A stretch of DNA of 64,000 nt from contig CBDBKM010000011.1 in assembly GCA_965206695.1 (NCBI GenBank), forward strand, positions 1 to 64,000, given 5' to 3'. Position numbers and translations under genes: made by a program. This stretch comes from Chlamydiales bacterium. GTDB lineage: Bacteria; Chlamydiota; Chlamydiia; Chlamydiales; JAAZZY01. Under the pieces are notes generated by a model. The model made no database searches. It saw only the letters and a list, made by a program, of their open reading frames with translations, and had not been told where the DNA came from. Numbering within the stretch: position 1 is the stretch's first letter; each line of letters begins with the position of its first letter. This document shows, piece after piece, positions 9,872-21,013 of the stretch.

Positions 9872-11737
9872 ATGTCGATTCCTCATCATATACGATTTGA
9901 AACATCATGTTCCTCTTCTTTTAGAACTCCAACAACTGATAAAAAAGAAGATGTGACTAATAAAACGGATAGCGGTATTTCCAGAATTTCCGGTCCTATT
10001 TTGACAGGTACACCATTACCGTCAACAGAGAGATCATTAAAGAGCAATCTTGCCATAAAGTCCGCTGTAAAATCTCCCAAAGTGGTCGTTTTGGATCGTG
10101 TCATGAAATATGTCTCAGAGCTCGAATCTAGTCTTAGCATCAGCAATATGAATGTAACGAATGGAACTGCAATTATCGTAGCTATCGACAATATCCCCGA
10201 AGCTGAGAGACAAAGTGTCATAAAAAATGTCATAAAATACGTATCTAAGCGTAGCACCGGCACTGTGAATGTAGATGATCTAGCTAAAATCATTGTAGCT
10301 ATCAAAAATATCCGCAAAGATCAGAGACACAATGTCATAAAATATGTCTTATATCTCATATCTAAGCTTAGCCCCGGCACTGTGAATGTAGATGATGTAG
10401 CTAAAATCATTGTAGCTATCAAAAATATCTGCAAAGATCAGAGACTCAATGTCATGCAATATGTCTCATATTGCATATCTAAGCTTAGCACCGGCACTGT
10501 GAATGGAGATGATGTAGCTAAAATCATTGTAGCTATCAAAGATATCCCCGAAGCTGAGAGACAAAGTTTCATGCAATATGTCTCACATTGCACATCTAAG
10601 CTTAGCACCGGCACTGTGAATGGAAATGATGTAGCTAAAATCATTGTAGCTATCAAAGATATCCGCAAAGATCAGAGACACAATGTCATGAAATATGTCT
10701 TATATTTCACATCTCAGCTTAGCACCGGCACTGTGAATGTAAATGATGTAGCTAACATCATAGAATGTATTGCAAATGTCGGTATAGTTAAGAGCAAAGA
10801 GCTCATAGATCACGCAAATCGGCTTAGCACCGGCACTATGAATGGAAATGATGTACTTCAAATCATTGTAGCTATCGAAGGTATCCTCGAAGCTGAGAGA
10901 CCAAGTGTCATACATTTTGCATCTAAGTTTCTGAACGGCATTATGAATGGAAAGGATATAGCTCAAATCATTTTAGCTATCCAAGGTATCCCCGAAGCTG
11001 AGAGACTAACGTGCAACAGTGCTGCATCTCAGCTTATGAACGGCACTATGCATGGAGATGATATAACTACAATCATTAATTATCTCCAACAGCTACTTTT
11101 AACGAAGCCATCATCGGTTATATTATATATTACAAGTGACGTATCTCAGCTTATCACCGGCGCTATGAAAGGAGCTGATGTAGTTCATATTTTTGAATTC
11201 GTTAAATCCTTGTTTTTAAATATCCGAAAAAATCTCATACAGTTTGCATCTCAGCTTATGAACGAAGATATGGGTGGAAATGACGTATCTCAAATCATTA
11301 GAGCTATCAAAGATATCCGCAAAAATAAGAGAAAAAATATCATAAATGGTGTATCTAAGTTTATAAACGGCACTATGGATGGAGATGATGTAGTTACAAT
11401 CATTGTAGCTATCAAAAAGATCCCCGAAGCTGAGAGAGAAAATATCATAAATGGTGTATCTAAGTTTATAAACGGCACTATGAACAGCACTATGAATGGA
11501 GATGATATAGCTAAAATCATTGCATGTATAAATCAACATATCTCTAAACAGGAGAGACAACCGTGCTTAGAGTATGCATCTTGGTTTATCGACGAAAATA
11601 GGAGCAGAAGTGATGTAGTTCACATGAGCGGAAGTGATGTAGTTAACATCCTTTTGCACTATCCGGCCTGGAAGAAAGAGTCTCTTTTACAGTATGCAGT
11701 CTGGAAACAGGAGCTTTGCACGGCATTTAACACATAG
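9872..11737 (+). CDS. Tandem alpha-helical repeat protein (35-39 aa units), candidate secreted effector; C-terminus clipped by IS701
   Basis: 621 aa. Repeats GT(V/M)NGDDVAKIIVAIKDIPEAERQ. S/T/P-rich N-terminus. The last codons run into the IS TIR at 11708. Confidence 0.8.
   Translation: MSIPHHIRFETSCSSSFRTPTTDKKEDVTNKTDSGISRISGPILTGTPLPSTERSLKSNLAIKSAVKSPKVVVLDRVMKYVSELESSLSISNMNVTNGTAIIVAIDNIPEAERQSVIKNVIKYVSKRSTGTVNVDDLAKIIVAIKNIRKDQRHNVIKYVLYLISKLSPGTVNVDDVAKIIVAIKNICKDQRLNVMQYVSYCISKLSTGTVNGDDVAKIIVAIKDIPEAERQSFMQYVSHCTSKLSTGTVNGNDVAKIIVAIKDIRKDQRHNVMKYVLYFTSQLSTGTVNVNDVANIIECIANVGIVKSKELIDHANRLSTGTMNGNDVLQIIVAIEGILEAERPSVIHFASKFLNGIMNGKDIAQIILAIQGIPEAERLTCNSAASQLMNGTMHGDDITTIINYLQQLLLTKPSSVILYITSDVSQLITGAMKGADVVHIFEFVKSLFLNIRKNLIQFASQLMNEDMGGNDVSQIIRAIKDIRKNKRKNIINGVSKFINGTMDGDDVVTIIVAIKKIPEAERENIINGVSKFINGTMNSTMNGDDIAKIIACINQHISKQERQPCLEYASWFIDENRSRSDVVHMSGSDVVNILLHYPAWKKESLLQYAVWKQELCTAFNT
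10150..11530 (+). repeat. Intragenic tandem repeat array (117-bp then ~105-bp units)
   Basis: Recurrent GGCACTGTGAATG…GATGTAGCTAAAATCATTGTAGCTATCAAA at 117-bp spacing from ~10259 to ~10730, with more divergent units after. Confidence 0.9.
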
Positions 11738-12747
11738 CCCAAAATATTTTTCATATTTAAAGTCATAGCGGGCTTTATACTTTCCCGATCTTGTTGATAA
11801 AAAGATATTTTATCTCGCCTCCTTCATTTAAATTTGTGTAACCAAGCATAAGTAACACCTCTGCATAACTTACATTTTTAATCACAATCGAACCTTCAGA
11901 TGTAAGTTAAAGATATTATAAATATATTTTTGACAAATCGACGACCAAATCAATAAGTTATGCAGAGGTCTTTAAGTAGACATAAAAATATGATTTCGTT
12001 GCGCTCGTGCGTTACGATACTGACAGAGCTCAAAAGCGGTAGTTTGTTTCAATTTCCTATGATAAACTGCTATTTTCCAATGAATATTCATGATTTTTTC
12101 AACGTCATTACGACCGAGTTCTTCAATACCAAGTAACCACTTAATCAATATGGCTATTTTGAGCCACAAACTTGAAAGCCGTAATAAAACCATAACCGCG
12201 CAAGTAAATGCTTAGCCCTTCATACGGAATATCCGAATCTGCCAAATTTACATTGCGATTAACTTTTTTATTTTTACGCAAACCGGTGACAAAATGTAAC
12301 CCTATATCTCTAGTAGACGTTCAATTTTTTAAACCGAAATACCATGCATCCATAACGACTACTTGAGGATTAAAACCTTGATTTTGAGTCGGTTTAAGCA
12401 TTTCTAAACAATGAGCATTTTTTGTTTTGCTGTCACGATCCTTATCATACATTCTATCATCCACAGTAGGTATACGTGACTCATCTCTATCGATAAAGTG
12501 CTTTACGGTTTAATTTCTTTAGGTTGAAATTTTTTATCCTTTAACCGGCGGCTAATGCTGTCATGTGATAATGTATCAGGGCAAACGTCTGACATCGCAA
12601 GCCCGGAATATCTTATACTGCTTGCTTGAATGAGCTATATAATTCTTTTGTACATTTACGTAACGGCAGCCCCCAACAAAAGAGAAAAATAATACCCTGA
12701 TTTAAACAATTATTTTAATAACGCATTTCTGTAGCACGCAATTCTTG
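11708..12747 (-). mobile_element. Degenerate IS701-family element
   Basis: TIRs CAGGAGCTTTGCAC / GCACGCAATTCTTG. Fragments LSHDSISRRL…, YDKDRDSKTKNAH, MDAWYF, HWKIAVYHRKLKQT. Confidence 0.8.
11855..11971. mobile_element. ~117-bp MITE with IS5-like TIRs, inserted into the IS701 remnant
   Basis: Perfect 16-bp IR ACCTCTGCATAACTTA / TAAGTTATGCAGAGGT, flanked by repeated TAAGTA. Absent from the homologous position (~2590) of the other IS701 copy. Confidence 0.85.
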
Positions 12748-12810
12748 TGTTAATAAAATAATAACTTTATGCTTTAACAATAAAACTTTTATTGTCAATG
12801 TTTTATCTTA

Positions 12811-14847
12811 TTATCGACCGGCTACTTTTGATTTAGGGCGTCTTTCTTCTTTTATATAAACCATATCTTTTATAATATTAATAGCTTCCGTTAGCTGTAG
12901 ATCCTCGGCACCATAATTTTTAGCTTTGATTTCCATGGATTCATAAAGTTTAGGCTTTTCCTTTTTCTTAAGCTGATATTTATCCGGGTGTACTTCCGTT
13001 AAAAAGACTTGAAAATCTTCATTGTGCTCAAGACGGTAATGACTATTTTTCTTCAGTATGGGTAGCATCGACGTCCATTCTGTTCTTTTTTCTTGTACGG
13101 TAGGGATATAGTATTTGACGAATGTATCTTTATATTTAGGGTGTAAATCTTTTAAAGAGTCATTAAAAGCCGGCTCTATTTGATCCGCATTAAGAGGATT
13201 ATCTAAAAACTCCTCTCCTATCTGTTCTTCATAGTACTCCGTTGGCACAACGATATCAGATTTTACCCCCTCTATTTGACCGGATGCTCCACTTACCGTA
13301 TAATATCTGCCGATGGTCACTTTAAAAACTGATGGGGCGTTACTTTTGGTAATCGTCTGATATTGAACGGACCCTTTTCCCCATGTCTGATTATCTCCAA
13401 CAACGATAGCAGCTCCATAATCTTGAAGAGCACCGGCAACGATTTCTGCTGCTGACGCGCTCATTTTAGAAGTTAGGACAACTAAAGGACCATCATAATA
13501 CGTTGTGCCATCAAGATCCCTAAAGTATCGCATATTACCATCAGAAAATTTACTCATTACAATAACACCACTACTGATGAATAATCCGGTAACTTCAACA
13601 GCTTGAGATAAAAATCCTCCGCTATTTTCTCTTAGATCTAATACGAGTCCCTTTAATTTGCCTGTACTTTTCAATTCCTTCAAAGCATTTTTAATATCCT
13701 TAGCAGAGCTAACCCTTTCTTTATTTGCATAAAAAGAGTATAATTTGATTGTTCCTACAATACCATCACCTAAAGCTTCGTAACTGATCTCAATTCGTCT
13801 ATCATCTAAAATAACTTTCTCTCTGATGACATCTACTTCAATATCAATAGAGTCTCCATCTTGAGTTTGACGCTCTAGTAATAAACTAACAGGATTGCCT
13901 TCAGCTCCTTGCATAAGCTTTAAGACTTGTTTTATAGAAAGTCCTTCAATGAATTGACCATCAATGGCAATAATGGCATCTCCGGATTTAACCTTGCCCG
14001 TCTTGGCAGCCGGGCCCCCATCTATAAGTTCTTGAATTTTAATCCCTGAATAATCCTGCCCTAAGTAAATTCCAATACCGTAATACCCTTTTTTCAAACT
14101 TGTTCTCATAGCCCTAGCCTCATCAGGACTATAATAGGCCGTATGAGCATCAAGACTCTGTGCTAAAGATTTCAAGGTATGCAGTACAAGAAAATGTCTG
14201 GCTTGATCATAAGATACCGTATTGTCAAAATTCTCCGTGATATACAGATCTTCAAACTCCCTCATTCTTTTTTCATAAAAGGCAAACATCTGATTTCGAT
14301 CATCTTGAGATATGAAATAGTTAAAGCCTTGCTCTTGTTTTTTTACCGAATGCATCATCAATTCATGTTGTCTAGACTTCAATTCCTGTAAATCTTTAGA
14401 AAAGGGTTGTTTTGAACTGATGAGTTTTAATTTGTACTTATCTGCATTCGCCTCCATATCAGATCTCATTTCCTTACGCCATTTCCGAGCTCTTTGAATC
14501 GATCTCTGCATGATCTGATGTAAATTTTGATAATAATATAGATCGTCATTGTTATAACAAACGACAGCATCTTGAAGCATCTGATCACTTGAATTGAGAT
14601 AGGGGTCAATCTCTTTTTCTAATAGATAAATACGCAAAGGATCAAATTTATCGATATAATTCTTAAAAGAACGTTTAATAATTAAGGAACTGATTTGATT
14701 TTCTTCGATATGGTAGGAGAAAAGTTCATCCATCCTCGCTCGAACATCTTTATCTTTCATAAGATCTTTACCGGCAAAAGCTCGGCTAGATAAAACTAAA
14801 AAAAATAAGATGAGCAGATATCTGATTTTTTTGCATCCTTGCAACAT
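12811..14847 (-). CDS. tsp: Tail-specific (carboxyl-terminal processing) protease, S41 family with PDZ domain
   Basis: Signal peptide; LDAHTAYY; GIGI…GGPAAK PDZ; LDLRENSGG; SASAAEIVAGALQDY; GKGSVQ. Confidence 0.93.
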   Translation of the reverse strand: MLQGCKKIRYLLILFFLVLSSRAFAGKDLMKDKDVRARMDELFSYHIEENQISSLIIKRSFKNYIDKFDPLRIYLLEKEIDPYLNSSDQMLQDAVVCYNNDDLYYYQNLHQIMQRSIQRARKWRKEMRSDMEANADKYKLKLISSKQPFSKDLQELKSRQHELMMHSVKKQEQGFNYFISQDDRNQMFAFYEKRMREFEDLYITENFDNTVSYDQARHFLVLHTLKSLAQSLDAHTAYYSPDEARAMRTSLKKGYYGIGIYLGQDYSGIKIQELIDGGPAAKTGKVKSGDAIIAIDGQFIEGLSIKQVLKLMQGAEGNPVSLLLERQTQDGDSIDIEVDVIREKVILDDRRIEISYEALGDGIVGTIKLYSFYANKERVSSAKDIKNALKELKSTGKLKGLVLDLRENSGGFLSQAVEVTGLFISSGVIVMSKFSDGNMRYFRDLDGTTYYDGPLVVLTSKMSASAAEIVAGALQDYGAAIVVGDNQTWGKGSVQYQTITKSNAPSVFKVTIGRYYTVSGASGQIEGVKSDIVVPTEYYEEQIGEEFLDNPLNADQIEPAFNDSLKDLHPKYKDTFVKYYIPTVQEKRTEWTSMLPILKKNSHYRLEHNEDFQVFLTEVHPDKYQLKKKEKPKLYESMEIKAKNYGAEDLQLTEAINIIKDMVYIKEERRPKSKVAGR

Positions 14848-15203
14848 AACTACAGATCCTTCAATTACTTAATGATTTGACTTTCAGGGCTTTGAATAAG
14901 GTCTTTTTGGTCCTATCTCCGCTTTCCACCCTTGGACTTAACCTATGAATGGCTATTCAATAAATAATCAACTGATTTTTTATTGAATGCATTTAAAATA
15001 GATCATCTTACTTTTTATTCTCTTATAGCATAAGGATCTATGGCACGATTTAAAAAACGAAGATGAAATCTTGGAGCTAATACAAAATGAAAAAAATTAA
15101 ATGAAGATCTATTTTTTTAGAGAAAATAAAAAGAAATGCTTATATATCTGAACAAGTAATGCTGTTTTTATTATTTTGGAACCGGGAGAAGAATTCGATT
15201 TTT

Positions 15204-15241
15204 AAAAAGACCTTTTCTCTTCATAGAAAAAAGGTCTTTTT
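15204..15241. other. Imperfect inverted repeat in the divergent tsp/scpA intergenic region
   Basis: AAAAAGACCTTTTCTCT-tcat-AGAAAAAAGGTCTTTTT. Could be a terminator or an operator. Confidence 0.5.
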
Positions 15242-15286
15242 GATACCATTTCAGCTTTTTTAGAAACGCTCAAGTAATTTAAAATT

Positions 15287-16072
15287 ATGACCTTATTAGA
15301 TATTGCAGAACGTGATCAAGATTCGATGTGTGAGAATCCCAAAACACCTGATTGTATCTTTGATTTAGATAATTTTGAAGGACCTTTAGATCTCTTACTC
15401 CACCTCATCCAAAACAAAGAAATCGATATTTATAGTATTACCATTAAAGATGTAACAGGACAGTTCTCAGATTATCTCAAAAAACTTCCTGAATATAATA
15501 TTGATATGGGTGCAGAATTTTTGAGCACAACAGCAACTCTTATCCTTTTTAAGAGCAAAATGCTCTTACCTAAAGAAGAAAAATCTGCAGATGAATTAGA
15601 AATACACCCTAGAATTCAAATTATTGATCAATTGCTGGACTATTTACGATTTAAAAAAATCGCTAAAAACTTACATACAAAAGAAATCGCAGAGCAAGCC
15701 TTTTTCCCTCGGGGTGTTAACCTCGAGCCCTCTGATCAAGAGGTGCCGTTAAAGGCTGATTTTTGTGCTTTAGGTGACTTAACTAAGCTCTTTTATAAAA
15801 TTTTAGAACAAAAGCATTTAAAAAAGCAAAATCCTATCTATGATGAAACCTTCACCATCCACGAGAAGGTGATCGAATTAAGAAACCTTCTTAGAGAAAA
15901 TAGTTGTTTGCTTTTTGAAGAGGTCTTTATTGAAGAGAAATCAAAAGATGAATTAATTGTGATATTTTTAGCTTTTTTAGAACTTATAAAATTACAAAAG
16001 ATTAAAGTTGAAAAAAAAATCGACAGCGATAATGTAACCTACAAATTGGAGTGGATATATGACAACGACTGA
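15287..16072 (+). CDS. scpA: Segregation and condensation protein A
   Basis: FEGPLDLLLHLI…EIDIY; KSKMLLP; IVIFLAFLELIK. Confidence 0.93.
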   Translation: MTLLDIAERDQDSMCENPKTPDCIFDLDNFEGPLDLLLHLIQNKEIDIYSITIKDVTGQFSDYLKKLPEYNIDMGAEFLSTTATLILFKSKMLLPKEEKSADELEIHPRIQIIDQLLDYLRFKKIAKNLHTKEIAEQAFFPRGVNLEPSDQEVPLKADFCALGDLTKLFYKILEQKHLKKQNPIYDETFTIHEKVIELRNLLRENSCLLFEEVFIEEKSKDELIVIFLAFLELIKLQKIKVEKKIDSDNVTYKLEWIYDND

Positions 16073-16665
16073 TAAAGCCAAAACACTTGCGAGTTTTAAG
16101 GCAGACGTTCTAAAAAGTAATGACAATCAATTAGCAATCCGAAAAGAGATTAAACGCATTATTGAAGCTCTTTTATTCTCTTATTCAGAACCTATTTCTT
16201 TAAAAAAGCTACGTGCCGTTATCAACACAACTTATCCTTATGATAATCAACAATTATTAACCCTTATCAAAGAATTTAGCCGAAGAATATGAGCAATACA
16301 ATTCTGCATTTCGTTTGCAAGAGATTGCTAAAGGATTCATTCTACGTACTTTACCTCAATATCGGCCATTTATTGAGCAACTATTTATTAGTAAACGATC
16401 AAAAAAACTTATTTCCCAGGCCTCCTTGGAAGTATTATCCATAGTCGCTTATAAACAGCCTATTACTCGATTGCAAATCGATGAGATTAGAGGTGTGGAT
16501 TCTTCGGGCAGTTTATATAAGCTTTTAGAAAAACAACTTGTTGAAGTTGTCGGTAAACTAGATGTAATAAAGAAACCTTCCTTGTATGGCACCACTCAAT
16601 CTTTCTTAAAACATTTTGGTTTAAAAAGTATTAAAGACCTCCGGAAGACTTCTGCAAGGCTATAG
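16059..16665 (+). pseudogene. scpB: Segregation and condensation protein B, +1 frameshift near 16276
   Basis: IIEALLF…EPIS. Removing one T gives ELAEEYEQ…LQEIAKG…SQASLEVLSIVAYKQPITR..IDEIRGVDS…YGTT..FLKHFGL. Confidence 0.85.
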
Positions 16666-16738
16666 CACTTTAATTTTTATTAATATGTTATCCTTCTCTT
16701 TGTATACAGATAGTAAGGATAAAACAATGCCTAAATAG
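16661..16738 (+). mobile_element. Truncated left end of an IS630-A-like element
   Basis: TATAGCACTTTAATTTTTATT…GTAAGGATAAAACAATGCCTA is a diverged match to 18520-18596. Confidence 0.7.
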
Positions 16739-16739
16739 T

Positions 16740-17205
16740 GGCGTCTTAAAATTTTAAATATGATAGATTTTTTTGATTAAAAAGATTTGTTATGACTACT
16801 TTAATACATAGGCGACACGATATTCCTGATAAAACTGTGGCATAAGTTAGAACCACATCTTTCCGGTTGCATAGGAGGTTGGGGTGCGATTGCAAAAGTT
16901 ATCAATGCTGTGTTGTGGATTTTGAGGACAGGAGCACCATGGCGTGATTTGCCTTTTGATTATGGAGATTGGAAAAATACTCATCGTAGATTTTCTCGAT
17001 GGAGAGATAAAGGTTTATGGGAATCTTTATTAGAAATTGTAGTTGAGGATCCGGATTATGAATGGTTAATGATTGATGCAAGTCATATCAAAGTGCATCC
17101 TCATGCAGAAGAAGCAAAGGGAGGAAATCAAGATATGAAGCGTACAAAAGGGGGCTACATGTAACCGTAGATGCGCCCGGTATGCTGCTCAGAGTTATTA
17201 TTTCT
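16740..17205 (+). mobile_element. IS5-family (IS427-like) transposase remnant
   Basis: RRHDI…NAVLWILRTGAPWRDLP.DYGDWKNTHRRFSRWRDKGLW…MIDASHIKVHPHA…RTKGG. Confidence 0.85.
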
Positions 17206-17231
17206 GTTTCTCGGAAGGCTTTTATCTTTTA

Positions 17232-18519
17232 TTGACAGCTCCCAACCCTAAAGGGAAGGGATTCCTAATTCATCGACCACTGCTAACAAACAAGCTAGTC
17301 TAACATGATCTCCAAAGGCTTAAATTACCGACTGCCCTGCGGTATCGAGATTAATAGATGCATTAAGATCTCTATCGTGTGTTACTTTGCAGTTTGGACA
17401 CTGCCAACTTCTCACACTTAAATCTAAAATTTCTATTTGGTACCGGCAGGCAGAGCATAGTTTTGAACCGGCAAAAAATTGATCTAATTCCACTATATTT
17501 CTTCCGTACCATTCACACTTATACTTTAAAAATGTTAAAAACCGGCTCCATCCTGCATCCGATATATGCTTGGAAAGTTTTTTATTTTTTAACATCTTAT
17601 TAATATTTAACCCTTCTATCGTGATCGTTTGGTTTTCACGAGCCAACTTTGTAGAAAGTTTATGATGAAAGTCCTGCCTTATATTTTTTATCTTCGAATG
17701 TATCGAAGCCACCGATCTTCTTTTTTTGAGTCTGTTTTTACCTTTGACTTTAGCTTTGCTAAGAGAACGTTGTTTTCTTTTTAGTCTTTTCTTATGAAAT
17801 CTAAAAGGTTTAGGTGCCGTAATCTTTTTCCCTGTAGAAAGAGTTGCGAATGTCGTTAATCCTAAATCTATACCGACAGAATTATTTCTCTTCTCAAAAG
17901 GGATCACTTCTTCTTCTACTAATAGGCTCACAAAATACCTGTCACAAGAGTCTTTTGTGATTGTTATACCTGTTGGTGTACCTAAAAAAACACCTTGACC
18001 AATGTATTTTTAATCTGTCTTTAGATTTTGCAATCTTAAGATTAACCCCATCCCAACTAAATGCTGACTTAGTTAATCGTATTGCCTGCGTACTGTGTTT
18101 GTTTTTAAAGCGAGGGAAATTTGACCTTTTTTTAAAAAAGTTTAAAAAAGCTCTATCAAGATCTCTAAGACTTTGTTGCAGACAAACAGAAGAAACTTCG
18201 TTTAACCAAAGAAACTCTTTGTTTTGCTTAAGACTTGTCAAGAATGCCGATGTTTTAGAATAACTTACATTCTCTTTGTATTCCTGATATTTCTTGATCT
18301 TAAAGTTTAAAGCTTGATTATATACAACTCTAGAACACCCAAAGCTTTTTGCAAGCAACTCCTTTTGTTTTTTCGTTGGATAGAATCTAAATTTATATGC
18401 TTTTTTGATCATCATGTATTGCATTATATGTCCGGTACATATATATTGTCTATCCGGAAAGATGGAAAACCTCTAAAAACAGCAGTTTTTAACCTTAGTT
18501 ACCATGTTATTTGGTGTCC
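17232..18519 (-). mobile_element. tnpB: IS200/IS605-family element: frameshifted tnpB (17320-18415), right end, and divergent tnpA stub cut by IS630
   Basis: KAYKFRFYPT…FGCSRVVYN; GIDLGL; RuvC Glu (ITIEGL); CSAC…CPNC…HDRDLNASIN. One extra T in a T8 run near 17985. The tnpA N-terminus (RWKTSKTAVFNLSYHVIWCP) is on + at ~18460-18520. The right end ends in TCAA (17232). Confidence 0.9.
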
Positions 18520-18521
18520 TA

Positions 18522-19456
18522 TAGTATTTTAATTTTTATTTGATAATATGTTATCCTTCTTTTTTTATACAAACAGTAAGGACAAAACAATGCCTAGAGC
18601 CTATTCAGTAGATCTTCGAGAGAAAGTATGACAACATATAGAAAAACATCATGATAAAAAAACAGCCGGCCATATTTTTCAAATAGGTATCGCAACAATA
18701 TATCGATGGATCTTGCAAAAAAAGCAAAAAGGACATTTAAAGCCAATCCGCAGAAAATATGCTTATAAGAAATTAGATGATGAGTTGTTATCTAAATATG
18801 TAGAAAAACATCCGGATTATTTTTTATCGGAAATTGCTGATTATTTTTCAGTCACTCCGCAAACGATTTTTTATGCCCTTAAAAGATTAAAAATTACACG
18901 AAAAAAAAAACTACTCGCTATAAGGAAAGAGATGAAAAGAAACGGGAAGCTTTTATGAAAGATTTAAAAAATATTCCCTTTGACAAGAGAATTTATCTCG
19001 ATGAAACCGGGATTCATCAATTTTTATTTCGTGAGTCCGGAAGAAGCTTACGCGGCAAAAAAGTTTTTGGAGCGGTTTCAGGAAACCGCTTTATAAGGCA
19101 AAATATTATTTCAGCCCTATCTAAAGGGCAGTTTTTATCTCCAATGTGTTTTGAAGGTACTTGTAATACCGGGTTATTCAATATTTGGCTTAAGGAAGTT
19201 TTGACTCCTCAGCTTACACCCGGTAGTGTTCTTATTCTTGACAATGCAGGTTTTCACAAGTCAGCGGAAAGCAGGAAAATAGTAGAATCTGCCGGTTGTA
19301 AGCTTATGTTTCTTCCTCCATATTCTCCGGACTTAAATCCTATAGAAAAATATTGGGCTAATATGAAAAATAAAGTTAGAGAGATATTACGAAAAGTTAC
19401 GAATTTTACATTCGCCATTGATCAAGCAATCTTATCAATGTAAAATTAAATGACTA
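18522..19456 (+). mobile_element. IS630-family element A, copy 1 (A10 slippery site; extra TGA near 18628)
   Basis: TIRs TAGTATTTTAATTTT / AAAATTAAATGACTA, TA duplication; MPRAYSVDLRE…YLDETG…LDNAGFHK…LPPYSPDLNPIE. Confidence 0.95.
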
Positions 19457-19814
19457 TAAGAAGCTTTCCAAAAATCATCGATAGAGTAATATAGAGTTGT
19501 TACATCATTCATTTTTCGACCTTTTGCATCAAAACAATCCTAAACTGATGAAATATTAAGAATTAAACCCGAAACTCGGGTTATTAATGAGTTGTCGATC
19601 TAATAATGGTCTTTTAAGATCATAGACAAAATCTCGGATTAATTGGTAAACATGTTTAAAAGTCGATTAACATTCCTAATACTATTTCCAATGAAAAACC
19701 GGGTCTAAACTCTGCTTTATAATCAAGTTTGATAGCAACATCTTGATCTACAAGATTTGCTTGGTAGTTCTATATAACATAACGTTATAAAAAATATTAT
19801 AAAAATACATCTCA

Positions 19815-20795
19815 ACCCAAGTTCGATGTAAGTAACTCATAATAACATTTTCGATATTCAATTAATTATTTGAAAAATATCTAAAAGAAAAAGGCTCCTT
19901 CCTTCAAATATAGTTGTTTTTTGCAAAACATATCAGTTAAAGGAGGAAGCCATGAAGCTTGAAATATGCACCATCTATTGTATTTATGATGACTATTTAA
20001 ACGAATTAAACACTATAGCATGGCACAATGAAAAAATGAAAGACTCAGAAGTCATGACTTCTTTAATTGTTGCTACTCAGTTTTTTTGGAGGCAATATTA
20101 CTCAAGCTAGAAGCTTCCTGTTGGAACATGGTTATATGCCCGATATGCTTAGCATTAACCGATTGCACGAAAGAATACATCAAATACCTTTATCCGTTTG
20201 GGAACCTCTTATGCGATTTATGAGGCGTTACGCGCCTCTTAAATCGCATCAATGTTTTATCGTGGATTCATTTCCTGTTCAAGTCTGCAAAAACGTTCGT
20301 ATCCGGCCGTTCTAAGCTAATTAAAAGAAAAGAGTATCATGACTTCAATGCAAGCAAAAAGGAATATTTTTATGGTTATAAAGCATCATTAATCACTTGT
20401 GAGTATGGTACGCCCGTATCTTTAAATCCGGCTCCAGCCTTTTGGCATGATTTAAAAATTTTAAGGAAAAGTTCTCTCGATCCTCTCCTTAAAAACTCTC
20501 AATTAGCGGGAGATGCTGCTTATTTAAGTCACTCATATAAAGCGGAATTGGAACAAGATCAGATTGAACTCATTACAAAAAAAAGGAGCAACTCTAAGGA
20601 AGGGCTATTATTTAAAGATTATGAAATCCTCAAGAGAGTCGGAAAATCTATAGAAACCTCTATTAGCTTAATCACTCAGCTTATGCCAAGAGCTATCAAA
20701 GTCGTTACATCTAGAGGTTTTATGATTAAAGTTATAGGTTTTGTCTTGGCTTATGGATTCTCTAAATTAAATATTTAGTTACATCGAACTTGGGT
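19815..20795 (+). mobile_element. IS982-family element with decayed transposase
   Basis: Perfect 17-bp TIR ACCCAAGTTCGATGTAA / TTACATCGAACTTGGGT; ATCTCA duplication (19809-14, 20796-801); IVDSFPV, YFYGYK, AGDAAY, KSIETSIS. Confidence 0.9.
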
Positions 20796-21013
20796 ATCTC
20801 AGTTTCTTTTCCGGAAATTTTAAAAAGATATTTACTTATATACCGAAGATCTTAAATTTTTATCAATTAAATACAGAAAATAAAGAACTATAACAAAATC
20901 TGTTTAATAATTAAAATTTCAACATCAGTAGTATATACAATAAATTATTATTTTTATATAATTATTAAATAAACAGAAAGACACAAAACAATAATTAACA
21001 AAAAAGTACTACA

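Noticed and set aside
10150..11530. Regularly spaced ~117-bp repeats as CRISPR or a DGR-like cassette
   Set aside because: They are in-frame coding repeats with homologous 'spacers'. There is no reverse transcriptase and no adenine-specific variation pattern.
19459..19808. Coding-like minus-strand sequence between IS630-A and IS982
   Set aside because: Too many stops and no recognisable motif, so no call can be supported.
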